Assembly (NCBI GenBank): GCA_033851845.1
Contig: JAWWOH010000077.1
Span: 1-37,616 of the forward strand
Direction: 5' to 3'
From: Actinomycetota bacterium
GTDB lineage: Bacteria; Actinomycetota; Actinomycetes; Mycobacteriales; SCTD01
DNA: 37,616 nucleotides
Shown in pieces: positions 24,504 to 34,695 of the stretch. Numbering within the stretch: position 1 is the first letter of the stretch; each line of letters opens with the position of its first letter. A program made the translations under genes and the position numbers. The notes under the pieces were generated by a model, which made no database searches, had not been told where the DNA came from, and was given only the letters and a program-made list of their open reading frames with translations.

Positions 24504-25523
24504 ATGGTCCACACCCTGGCCGCGGCACCTCCGTGGCCGCCGATGCCGGACGTGATGCAGGGACGCGCGGCTCGCATGTCGTGGTACGCCGCGGTCGCCC
24601 GCTGGGCGCCGTCGAAGCACAACACCCAGCCCTGGCAGTTCGTCATCCGTGACGACTCCCTCGAGCTCTATCCAGATCCGGGCCGCGCACTCCCCGCGAC
24701 GGACCCGCACGGCCGGGAGATGCTGATCTCCTGCGGCGCTGCCGCCCAGCACCTCGTCGTCGCGGCGCGTGCGATGGGCTTCCAGGCCGCCGTGCCGCTC
24801 CTGCCTGACGGCCCGGACGGACCGTTGACCCGCCTTGTCGAGGTAGAGCGCCGACCAGTGCACCCGCAGGACTTCGACCTGCTGGGGGCGGTGGCGCGTC
24901 GTCGCACCGATCGAGGACCTCTCGACGCGGCGCCGCTCCCTGCCCAGCTGCCCTTCGAGCTGCAGTCCGCCGCAACTGCGCAGGGGTGCGCCTTGCGACT
25001 CGTCAGCAGCCCGGGCGACCGCGCGACGCTGGCTGATCTCGTGCAGCGCGCGGACCGCCTGCAGCAGCGGCGTGGCGACGCCCAGCGCGAGCTGACGCCC
25101 TGGCTACGTACACCAGGCGACACCGGGCGCGACGGCGTCCCCGGCAACCACACGCGCGGTTCGGCCGCGTCGCAGTCGGCCGAGTTCGTGCAGCGTGACT
25201 TCTCGACCGTCGGCTCGACTCCCGCCCACGACCGCGCCGGGCTCGACAGCCCGTTGGTGGCGGTGCTGAGCACTCCCCACGACCGCGTCCGTGACTGGTT
25301 CTCCGCGGGTCAGGCGCTCGGTGCCATCCTGCTCCGGGCCACCCTCGCCGGCGCGAACGCGTCGTACCTGAATCAGCCGATCGAGGACGTCGCGATGCGA
25401 GCCGAGCTGCGCGATCATCTGCAGCTGGACGGCTTCGCCCAGCTCGTCCTGCGGATCGGCGTCGGCGCGCAGGTGCCGTCCACCCCTCGGCGGTACCTGC
25501 GCGACCTGATCCAGCGCGACTGA
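24504..25523 (+). CDS. Acg-family putative NAD(P)H nitroreductase (tandem nitroreductase-fold protein)
   Basis: SKHNTQPWQFVI, the hallmark of the Acg/Rv2032/Rv3131 family, at ~340 aa. GGGAGG lies 5 nt upstream of ATG 24504. Confidence 0.8.
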   Translation: MVHTLAAAPPWPPMPDVMQGRAARMSWYAAVARWAPSKHNTQPWQFVIRDDSLELYPDPGRALPATDPHGREMLISCGAAAQHLVVAARAMGFQAAVPLLPDGPDGPLTRLVEVERRPVHPQDFDLLGAVARRRTDRGPLDAAPLPAQLPFELQSAATAQGCALRLVSSPGDRATLADLVQRADRLQQRRGDAQRELTPWLRTPGDTGRDGVPGNHTRGSAASQSAEFVQRDFSTVGSTPAHDRAGLDSPLVAVLSTPHDRVRDWFSAGQALGAILLRATLAGANASYLNQPIEDVAMRAELRDHLQLDGFAQLVLRIGVGAQVPSTPRRYLRDLIQRD

Positions 25524-25577
25524 GATGCGATTCGACCCGCATGGTGAGTCCGCGGGATTTTCGGAGATACTTCCCCC

Positions 25578-26933
25578 ATGTCGGCGCCGTTGGTCAAGGG
25601 AGCAGCGCGGGCGCGCCGGCTCGCTGCCGGTGTGGCCTTCCTCGCTGTGATCGGTCTGCTGGTGGCGCTCAGCGTCGGGCTGTACACCAAGGCGTTCACC
25701 AAGGTCGTCACCGTCTCGCTGCAGACCGACCGGGTGGGCAACCAGCTCTCCAACCACGCCGACGTGAAGCTGCGCGGAATCCGGGTCGGCGAGGTGCGGA
25801 GCATCCACAGCTCGGGCCAGGGCGCGACCATCGAGCTGGCTCTCAGCACCGGCAAGGCCGGCCTGATCCCGTCCGACGTCTCGGCCCAGCTTCTCCCCAA
25901 GACGCTGTTCGGCGAGAAGGAGGTCGACCTCATCGCCGCGGAGGACTCGACGGCCCGTCCGATCCGGACTGGCGATGTCATCACGCAGGACCGGTCCAAG
26001 ACATCCATCGAGACCGAGCGGGTTCTCAACGACTTCCTGCCCTTGCTGCAGAGCCTCAAGCCGGCGCAGCTCAGCCTGACCCTCAACGCCGTGGCCACCG
26101 GCCTGCGAGGCCGCGGCGAGCGGCTCGGCCACAACCTCGCGCTCAACGACGACTACTTCCGCCAGCTCAACCCGGAGCTGCCGGCGATCATGGAGGACTT
26201 CCGAGGCCTGGCCGACGTCAGCGAGAGCTACGCCGCGGCGGCGCCTGATCTGCTGCGCCTGGTCGACAATTCCGCCGCCGCGAGCCGCAACCTCGTCGAC
26301 CAGAACGAGGAGCTCGCGACGTTCCTCGCATCAACCGGGACCTTCGCGCAGTCGGCGGACGACTTCCTGCGGATCAACCAGAAGAGCCTGGTCGACCTCG
26401 CCGCCCAGAGCCGCCCGATGCTCCAGCTCTACAAGCAGTTCAGCCCCGAGTACGCGTGCATGCTGCACACCCTCCCGAAGCAGGAGATCGTCGGGGAGAA
26501 GACCTTCGGCGGGATCTACCCCTGGCTGCACATCACCCTCGAGACGACGCAGGACCAAGGCGCCTACCTGCCCGGGGACGAGCCGAAGTTCCGCGAGGAC
26601 CGGGGACCGACCTGCTTCGGGCTGACCGGCAAGCCGGTCGTGCCGATGCCGGCGTACTACGAGCCGAAGGACGGCTACTGCGACGCCGAGGAGGCGGCGC
26701 AGCCCGGCGTACAGACCGGCAACTGCCATGCCGGCGCCGCGCCGCCCGGTGGCGTCTCGGCCCAGGCGATCTCGGATCCGGTGCTCGCCCTGGGTGGCCC
26801 GGACCAGCGACAAGCCGTCGGCGTCGCCGTGGCACCGGTCCTCCAGCTCGCACCGGACGAGGTTCCGGACATCGCGACGTTGCTGTTCGGGCCGCTCGCG
26901 CGCGGCGGGACGATCGGCTACCGCGCCGGATAG
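25578..26933 (+). CDS. MCE-family protein (MlaD-domain, single N-terminal transmembrane helix), orphan
   Basis: The N-terminal transmembrane helix (AAGVAFLAVIGLLVALSVGLY) is followed by the MlaD domain VTVSLQTDRVGNQLSNHADVKLRGIRVGEVRSI and a helical C-terminal region. No yrbE/mlaE permease genes are nearby. Confidence 0.8.
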   Translation: MSAPLVKGAARARRLAAGVAFLAVIGLLVALSVGLYTKAFTKVVTVSLQTDRVGNQLSNHADVKLRGIRVGEVRSIHSSGQGATIELALSTGKAGLIPSDVSAQLLPKTLFGEKEVDLIAAEDSTARPIRTGDVITQDRSKTSIETERVLNDFLPLLQSLKPAQLSLTLNAVATGLRGRGERLGHNLALNDDYFRQLNPELPAIMEDFRGLADVSESYAAAAPDLLRLVDNSAAASRNLVDQNEELATFLASTGTFAQSADDFLRINQKSLVDLAAQSRPMLQLYKQFSPEYACMLHTLPKQEIVGEKTFGGIYPWLHITLETTQDQGAYLPGDEPKFREDRGPTCFGLTGKPVVPMPAYYEPKDGYCDAEEAAQPGVQTGNCHAGAAPPGGVSAQAISDPVLALGGPDQRQAVGVAVAPVLQLAPDEVPDIATLLFGPLARGGTIGYRAG

Positions 26934-26946
26934 GTAGGGTGCCCGC

Positions 26947-28200
<1,254 letters not shown>

Positions 28201-28230
28201 TCCCGGCCAAGTTGGGGCGTTCTCTACCTC

Positions 28231-30345
28231 CTAGCGGCTGCTGTCGTAGACCGCTCTCGCTCGCTGCAGGTCGGGTGAGAGAGGTACGCCGTCGGCGGCC
28301 ATCGCTTCGGCAAGACCGCCGACGCTGCCCGGGTCGCTCGCTGCGGCTGTCCAGCCGGCGACGGGTTCACCGCCGACCACAGGTGATACGAGCGGCTGCT
28401 CGGGGGCACGTCGTGCCTGCGCGCGGATCGCGGCCGCCGTCGCGGACGGCGACGGTGCCGGCGACGACGACGAGGGCGCGGGGTCGGCGAGCACGAGGTC
28501 GGCCTGACCTGGGTCGTCACCCGGCAGGACGACGAGGGCGCTGCCCACGCCACGTTCGAACCCGTCCGAGGGCCGGTTGACCCGTAGGCCGTTGACCCAC
28601 ATCGTGCTGGAGCCGCCGCCGTCGAGGTTGATGGCGTTCTGCGCACCGAGCGACTGCATGAGGTTGGCCAGCTCCTGCAGCGTCATCCCGACGCTGTAGC
28701 CGGGCTGCCGACCGTCGACGACGACGAGCAGCATCCGGCCGTCAGCGGTGACGCCGACAGCTGTGCGCGGCTGCCGCTCGAAGAACGAGCTGTCGCCGAA
28801 AAGGTCCTGGTACTGCTGGGCGCCGTTCGCGATGAGCACCGGGTTGCCGCCGAGCACGTCGACGGCGCCTGGGAAGCCCAAGGTCTGGATGACCTGAGCC
28901 GGCTGCCCCGGCCGCAGGCTCTGCAGGAAGGTGCCGCTGGCGTTGAAGTGGGAGCCGTCGAGAATGACGCCGCTCGTCGGTACCAGCGCCGCGTCGCCAC
29001 CGCAGCGCGGCGGTCCGGTCACAGTCATCGACGTCTCGACGCCGCCGTCGGGATGCACGACCGGGCTCGAGGCGGAGGCAAGTCCGGCATAGCAGTCGTT
29101 GTTCGGTGGCGTCTCGAGGTTGGCGCCGGCTGCGGTGAAGGCGGCAACGGAGTCGCCGCTCGCCGGGCCGGAGTTCCACCGCGGGATCTCGATGCTGACC
29201 GTCCCGGTGTCGGACTGCGTCGACAGCACCGTCTCGACGTCGGGGAAGCCCATGGACACGCGCGTCCCGGTCGCGTCGAGCCCCAGGGCGCGGCCGAGCA
29301 GCTGAGGCGTCTGCTCGAGCCGCCCGTCCTGCGCGAACGCGTGCACGGGGCGACCGCTCGACAGGAAGTAGTCGCCGTTGATCGCGAGCACGGCACCGGC
29401 GTTGCGCGCCATCGTCGTCGTGAGCTGCGTGCCGCGCAGCCGGTCGCCGGACAGCACGGTGTCGGGGCTGGAGGAGGCGGTCAGGTCGATGGTCGCGATG
29501 TGCTCGGTGAACGGACCGGCGCCGTCGTGCACCACGCGGTGAGTGACTCCGGGGGCCAGGCCCGGAGTACGGCGTACCAGCGGGGTGTCACCAGCGCGAC
29601 CGAACGTGGTCGTCTGGTAGCGACCGGAGAAGTTGCTCTCGCGGAAGAACCAGCTGCCGCTGCGGAAGACGCCGGGCGAGTCGCGGCCGTCGTGGTCCCA
29701 GTCGCCCGCAAACCGCCGGTCGCCGGGGAGGCCGAAGTCGAACTGCCTGTTCGTCTGTCCGCTGCTCGACGCGTCGCGCTGGAACCAGGTCTTGTTCCGT
29801 ACGACGCCGATGTCGGTGCGGCCGTTGCCGTCCCAGTCACCCACGACCGGCAGGTCGGTGCCGAGGCCGTAGGTGAAGGTGCGGGTCGGGCCGGCGTTGC
29901 TGTTGTCGCGCAGGTACCAGTGGCCCTTGCGGAACAGCCCGAGGGAGTCGGTGCCGTCGCCGTTCCAGTCGCCGAGGAGCGGGATGTCGCCCTTCTGCCC
30001 GAAGCGGACCTCGGCGTACGGCCCGCCCTGGCTGTCGCGGATCAGCCAGATGCCGTCCCGGAACAGGCTCAGCGAGCCGGTGCCGTCGCCGTCGGTGTCG
30101 CCCGCGACCGGTGTCCAGCCGGGTGTCTCCTCGACGTACGACGTGTAGGGCCCGCCGTCGAGGTCGGGCTGGAGGTACCACGTGTCGCCGCGCCGGATCG
30201 TCAGCCGGTCGTAGCCGAGCTCGGCCCCCGGAGCGGCTGCGGCGTGCGCGACCGCGGCGACTGCAGGGCGCGTCGGGACGAGCGGAACGAGCAGCGCACC
30301 GAGCAGGCTGAGTACGGCCGCGGCGCGCGGGATCGAGGGGCGCAC
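28231..30345 (-). CDS. secreted protein: signal peptide + 4 FG-GAP/VCBS-like repeats + C-terminal phosphodiester glycosidase (NAGPA-like, DUF2233) domain
   Basis: The signal peptide is MRPSIPRAAAVLSLLGALLVPLVPTRPAVAAVA. Four repeats of the pattern [GD]DW[DN]GDG.D..G[LV]FR.G.W are present. The C-terminus has INGDYF...NLDGGGSSTMWVNG, typical of phosphodiester glycosidase family proteins. Confidence 0.75.
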   Translation of the reverse strand: MRPSIPRAAAVLSLLGALLVPLVPTRPAVAAVAHAAAAPGAELGYDRLTIRRGDTWYLQPDLDGGPYTSYVEETPGWTPVAGDTDGDGTGSLSLFRDGIWLIRDSQGGPYAEVRFGQKGDIPLLGDWNGDGTDSLGLFRKGHWYLRDNSNAGPTRTFTYGLGTDLPVVGDWDGNGRTDIGVVRNKTWFQRDASSSGQTNRQFDFGLPGDRRFAGDWDHDGRDSPGVFRSGSWFFRESNFSGRYQTTTFGRAGDTPLVRRTPGLAPGVTHRVVHDGAGPFTEHIATIDLTASSSPDTVLSGDRLRGTQLTTTMARNAGAVLAINGDYFLSSGRPVHAFAQDGRLEQTPQLLGRALGLDATGTRVSMGFPDVETVLSTQSDTGTVSIEIPRWNSGPASGDSVAAFTAAGANLETPPNNDCYAGLASASSPVVHPDGGVETSMTVTGPPRCGGDAALVPTSGVILDGSHFNASGTFLQSLRPGQPAQVIQTLGFPGAVDVLGGNPVLIANGAQQYQDLFGDSSFFERQPRTAVGVTADGRMLLVVVDGRQPGYSVGMTLQELANLMQSLGAQNAINLDGGGSSTMWVNGLRVNRPSDGFERGVGSALVVLPGDDPGQADLVLADPAPSSSSPAPSPSATAAAIRAQARRAPEQPLVSPVVGGEPVAGWTAAASDPGSVGGLAEAMAADGVPLSPDLQRARAVYDSSR

Positions 30346-30522
30346 GAGGGTCCTTCTGGGGCTCCGAGGGGGTCGCCCGACTGTCGCACGATGGCGGCGT
30401 GGAAACCGTCAAACAGGACAGATGTCGCCCGATCGTGTCGGTGCCTGTCGCCGCGACCGGGCGGTCCCGCTGTGCTTTCATGGGGATCGAACTACACGGT
30501 TGTCGTTTGCGCGAGGAGGACC

Positions 30523-30822
30523 ATGGACAGCGCCGCCGTTCCGGCCCCCGGGGCGCCCGCCGCCGCGACCGGCTCGCTGTCCGAGCGCGAGTGCGAGATC
30601 CTGGCCTTCGAGCGGCAGTGGTGGAAGTACGCCGGCGCCAAGGAGACGGCGATCCGCGACCTGTTCGATCTCAGCGCGACGCGCTACTACCAGACCCTGA
30701 ACGCGCTGATCGACCGGCCCGAGGCGCTGGTGCACGACCCGATGCTGGTCAAGCGGCTCCGTCGGCTGCGCACGACGCGCCAGCGCACCCGCTCCGCGCG
30801 GCGTCTCGGCATCGACGCCTGA
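30523..30822 (+). CDS. DUF3263 domain protein
   Basis: LSERECEILAFERQWWKYAGAKETAIRDLFDLSATRYYQTLNALIDRPEALVHDPMLVKRLRRLR. A GAGGAGGA Shine-Dalgarno lies 3 nt upstream of ATG 30523. The much longer ORF-track ORF is a shadow extension. Confidence 0.65.
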   Translation: MDSAAVPAPGAPAAATGSLSERECEILAFERQWWKYAGAKETAIRDLFDLSATRYYQTLNALIDRPEALVHDPMLVKRLRRLRTTRQRTRSARRLGIDA

Positions 30823-30829
30823 CGTCGCG

Positions 30830-31705
30830 TTGCCCGACGACACGGCGCCTGACGATCCGGGGCCTGACCGGCCGGTGCCCGCTGCGCCGGGTTCGCCCGG
30901 GGGCGACTGGCAGCTGCCCCAGGTCGACCCGGCCGACGGCCTGATCGGCTGGTCGCCGGAGCCGGCCCTGCCCGAGGCGGTACCGCCTGCGCCTCCACCG
31001 GCGCCGCCCCGCTTGCCGGCGACGGCCGCGGTCGGCCACCCCAACCCCTTCGCCGGAGTCGGGGAGCCGTTGATATCGGCTGCGGCCGAGGAGCCGCCGT
31101 CCGCCGAGGAGCTGTCCGCCGAGGAACCGCCGTCCGCCGGCGTCCTGCCCGTTCCGCGCCGGTCGTCGCTGCCGGGTGGGCCGGTGTCTCCGGTCCGGGC
31201 GCTCGCGGGTGCGGCCGTCGCAGTGGCCGGTGTCCTGCTCGGCATCGGCGCGTTGCTCTGGGCGACGGATGCGCCGAGCGGCAGCCCCGCGCTGCAGCAG
31301 ACGCAGGCGCAGAGCTCCGACGTCTCGCCGTCGCCGTCGCCGCTCCCGAGCCCATCGGTCGTGCCGACGGCCGTCGCGCCCGCACCTGTGGCGACGACGG
31401 CCGCTGCGACGCCGTCAGCCCAGGCCACGCCGAAGCTCGCGCTCACCGTCCTCAACAACTCCAACGTCAACCAGCTCGCGCACCGGGCGGCGGCGAAGTT
31501 CCGCGCGAGGGGCTGGCCGATCAAGCTCGAGGGAGCGTTCCGCGGTCGCATCCCCGTGACGACCGTCTACTACGCACCCGGCCAGCAGGCGTCCGCGCAG
31601 CTGCTGCAGAAGGAGTTCCCCGCCATCCAGCGGGTGCGGCCGCGGTTCTCGACGCTGCCGGGCTCCGGGCTCACGGTCGTGCTCACCCGCGACTACCCGG
31701 CCTAG
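30830..31705 (+). CDS. LytR_C (LytR cell-envelope-related transcriptional attenuator C-terminal) domain membrane protein with Pro-rich N-terminus
   Basis: TTG start taken from the ORF track. It has a Pro/Ala-rich N-terminus and a transmembrane helix (LAGAAVAVAGVLLGIGALLWA). The C-terminus LTVLNNSNVNQLAHRAAAKFRARGW...TTVYYAPGQQASAQLLQKEFP is the LytR_C signature. Confidence 0.65.
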   Translation: MPDDTAPDDPGPDRPVPAAPGSPGGDWQLPQVDPADGLIGWSPEPALPEAVPPAPPPAPPRLPATAAVGHPNPFAGVGEPLISAAAEEPPSAEELSAEEPPSAGVLPVPRRSSLPGGPVSPVRALAGAAVAVAGVLLGIGALLWATDAPSGSPALQQTQAQSSDVSPSPSPLPSPSVVPTAVAPAPVATTAAATPSAQATPKLALTVLNNSNVNQLAHRAAAKFRARGWPIKLEGAFRGRIPVTTVYYAPGQQASAQLLQKEFPAIQRVRPRFSTLPGSGLTVVLTRDYPA

Positions 31706-31722
31706 TCGCCGGTGGCGGTGTA

Positions 31723-32502
31723 GTGCTCGAGCCGCGCACCGCGGAGGGGCGGGCCGGCCTCGAGTCGCTGCGGGCCGACCCGGCGAGAGGGCTGGTCGCA
31801 CTCGACTACGACGGCACGCTCGCCCCGATCGTGTCCCGACCGCAGGACGCCGTACCCGCCGAGGGTGCCGTCGAGGTGCTCACCGCCCTCGCCGGCAAGG
31901 TCGGACGGCTGGCCCTGTTGACGGGACGGCCGGCGCAGGTCGTGGTGGACCTCGCCGGCTTGGCGTCCGTGCCGGGGCTGGTCGTCCTCGGGCAGTACGG
32001 CGTCGAGCGCTGGGCGGATGGCCGGCTCACCGCGGCACCGCCGGCTGCCGGCATCGCGGCGGCGCGGGCGGCACTTCCTGTGCTCGTCGAGTGGATCGGT
32101 GCCGAGATCGAGGACAAGGGGCTGTCTCTCGTCGTGCACACCCGCAACGCGCAGCCCGGCGCGCAGGAGCGATTGGCCGAACCCATCGGCGAACTGGCCC
32201 GCCGCGTCGGACTCGAGGTCCATCACGGCCGGCGGGTGCTCGAGCTGCGGCCGCCCGGGTTCGACAAGCACGGTGCTCTGATGGCGGTCGCGGATCCCCG
32301 GCCGGGCGCGGTGCTCTTCGCGGGCGACGACATCGGGGACGCGCGGGCCTTCGACGCGGTCGACGGGCTGCGCGCGAGCGGCGTGCCCGGTGTCACCGTC
32401 TTCAGCGACAGCGACGAAGGCCCCGCGTCGCTACGGTCACGGGCGGACGTCGTCGTCGACGGCCCCGTCGGAGTCGTCGCCCTGCTGCGCACGCTGTTGT
32501 AG
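31723..32502 (+). CDS. otsB: trehalose-6-phosphate phosphatase (HAD-IIB)
   Basis: LDYDGTLAPIV (HAD motif I) and GDDIGDARAF (motif IV), with OtsB-like length. GTG start. Confidence 0.8.
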   Translation: MLEPRTAEGRAGLESLRADPARGLVALDYDGTLAPIVSRPQDAVPAEGAVEVLTALAGKVGRLALLTGRPAQVVVDLAGLASVPGLVVLGQYGVERWADGRLTAAPPAAGIAAARAALPVLVEWIGAEIEDKGLSLVVHTRNAQPGAQERLAEPIGELARRVGLEVHHGRRVLELRPPGFDKHGALMAVADPRPGAVLFAGDDIGDARAFDAVDGLRASGVPGVTVFSDSDEGPASLRSRADVVVDGPVGVVALLRTLL

Positions 32503-32527
32503 TCGCCCGTTATATGCGGACGTCGTA

Positions 32528-34692
32528 CTACTCGCGGCGGTCGGCGAAGGCTTGCAGCGAGGCGACCTGCGCGGGATCGAGTGACGGCTTCACCTTGGCG
32601 AGCGCTGCTTCGAGATGCGCCGCGGTCACCGTTGTCGCCGACATGGACTCGCGCATCGCACCCAGCGCTGCCTCGCGAATGAGTGCAGCGCAGTCGGCGG
32701 CGGAGTAGCCGTCGGTCTTCGCGCCCACCACAGCGAGGTCGACAGCGGCGTCCAGCGGCACCGATCTCGCCGCCGCCTTGAGGATCTGCGCCCGCGCGTC
32801 TGCATCCGGCGGTGGCACGAACACCAACCGCTCGAGCCGGCCGGGGCGCAGCAGGGCGGGGTCGATCAGGTCGGGCCGGTTGGTGGCGCCGATGACCACG
32901 ACGTCACGCAGGCTCTCGACTCCGTCCAGCTCGGTCAGCAGCGCGGCGACGACCCGGTCCGTCGTACCGCCGTCCGTCGACTGGCCGCGGACGGGCGCGA
33001 GCGCGTCGACCTCGTCGAGGAACACCAGGGTGGGCGCGGCTTGCCGCGCGCGCCGGAACAGCTCGCGCACCGCGCGCTCGGACTCCCCGACCCACTTGCT
33101 CAGCAGCTCCGCGCCCTTGACCGACAGCACGTTGCATTGGCCGGAGCCGGCGATCGCCTTGACCAGGAAGGTCTTCCCGCACCCCGGCGGGCCGTAGAGC
33201 AGCAGCCCGCGGGGAGGTGCGACGCCGAGGCGGGTGAACGTGTCGGGGTACTGGAGCGGCCACAGCACCGCCTCGGTCACGGCTTCCTTCACCTCGGTCA
33301 TGTCGCCGACGTCGTCCAGGGAGACCTGCGCGAGGTCGAGCGTCTCCCCGCCCATCGCGGTCGGCCGAACGACCTCGAGGGCCGCGTCGAGGTCGGCCTT
33401 CGAGACGGTCGGTGACGTGACATCGCGCTGTCGCGCCGCGGCGCGCAGCCCCGCCTCCCGCACGAGCGCGATGACGTCGGCCGCGACGAAGCCGGGTGTC
33501 CGGCCGGCCACGTCGTCGAGCGAGACGTCCCCGTCGAGCGGCACGCCATGTGTCATGGCTCCGAGCAGGCGGCGGCGCTGCGCCCGGTCCGGCAGCGGGA
33601 TCGACAGCTCGTGGTCGAGCGTGCCGGGCGCCCGCAGCTCGGGTGCGACCGACTCAGGTCGCGACGTCGTACAGACAACGGCGACCGTGCCGGCCGCGAT
33701 GACGTCGCGCACTGCTGTCAGGAAGACGGGGACCAGGGGCGACGGGTTGTCGCGACTCGCGAGTGCGTCGACGTCCTCGAGCAGTACGACGGCAGGCGAC
33801 GTGTGCGCCGCCTCCGACAGCAACGCGGTGATCTGCTCAGCTGCCTTGGTCGGGTCGAGCGACGCGAGCTCGGGTGCCCATGCGCGCATGAGTCGCGCGC
33901 CGAGCCCGGTCGACACCGCCTCGACCAGCGCGGCCTTCCCCGATCCGGCCGGGCCGGTGACCAGCACGCCCATGCCGGGTGTGGTCCCGAGGCGCTCGAG
34001 CAGGTCGCGGTGGTGGAAGCCCAGGTCGAGCCACTCGCGAAGGGACGCAATCTGCGACTCGAGACCCGGCAGGTCCGCGACGGTCAGCGGCTGCGACGAC
34101 GTCGGCACCACCATCGGCGTCGCGCTGCCGGTCGTCGTCGTACCGCCCTGCCACCCGACGACCGTCGCCATCGTGACGAGCGCCGGTCCGGCCGGTGAGA
34201 CGTCGGTGACGGTCAGCAGCATCGACGTCCAGGCAGCTCCCAGCCGGGCGGCCAGGCTCTTGCGGGTTCGCACCACGTCGAACGCACCGAGTGGCGCCAG
34301 GTCCTGCGGCAGCAGCGACGCGTTGTCCCCGGCGGTCAGCACCTTGCCCAGCAGTGCGGTGCGCAGAACCGTGGGGTCGACCACCGAGGTCACATTCGCG
34401 TCGCCGGCACAGACGACGCTCACCGCCGGCACCGTCCTCGCCGCGGCGACATCGATGACGGTGCCGTCTGTCACGCCGAGGTTGCCGAGGACGAGGTCGT
34501 CGCAGAGCACGACGTGGGGGTCACCGCCGGGCGGTGCGATGGCGGCGAGTGCGCCCGTCTTGCGTCGCCCGGTGAGGAGCACCGTGTCCCACACCGACAG
34601 CCCGAGCCCGGCGAAGACAGTGGGATGAAGGCGGACGATCCCGCGCCGTGCGTCGAGGGCCGACGGGTGCAGCACGGCCGTCAGCGAGAGCA
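32528..34692 (-). CDS. two-domain AAA+ ATPase, Cdc48/VCP-like (N-domain + degenerate D1 + canonical D2)
   Basis: D2 has Walker A LLYGPPGCGKTFLV, Walker B TLVFLDEVDAL and SRH GATNRPDLIDPALLRPGRLER. D1 is divergent: GPAGSGKAAL, VVLLEDVD, TTSRPES. I propose start GTG 34692 (rc cac 34690-34692), 4 nt after the otsA stop. The ORF-track 5' extension to 35203 would overlap otsA by ~500 bp and is Arg/Gly low complexity. Confidence 0.75.
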
Positions 34693-34695
34693 CGG

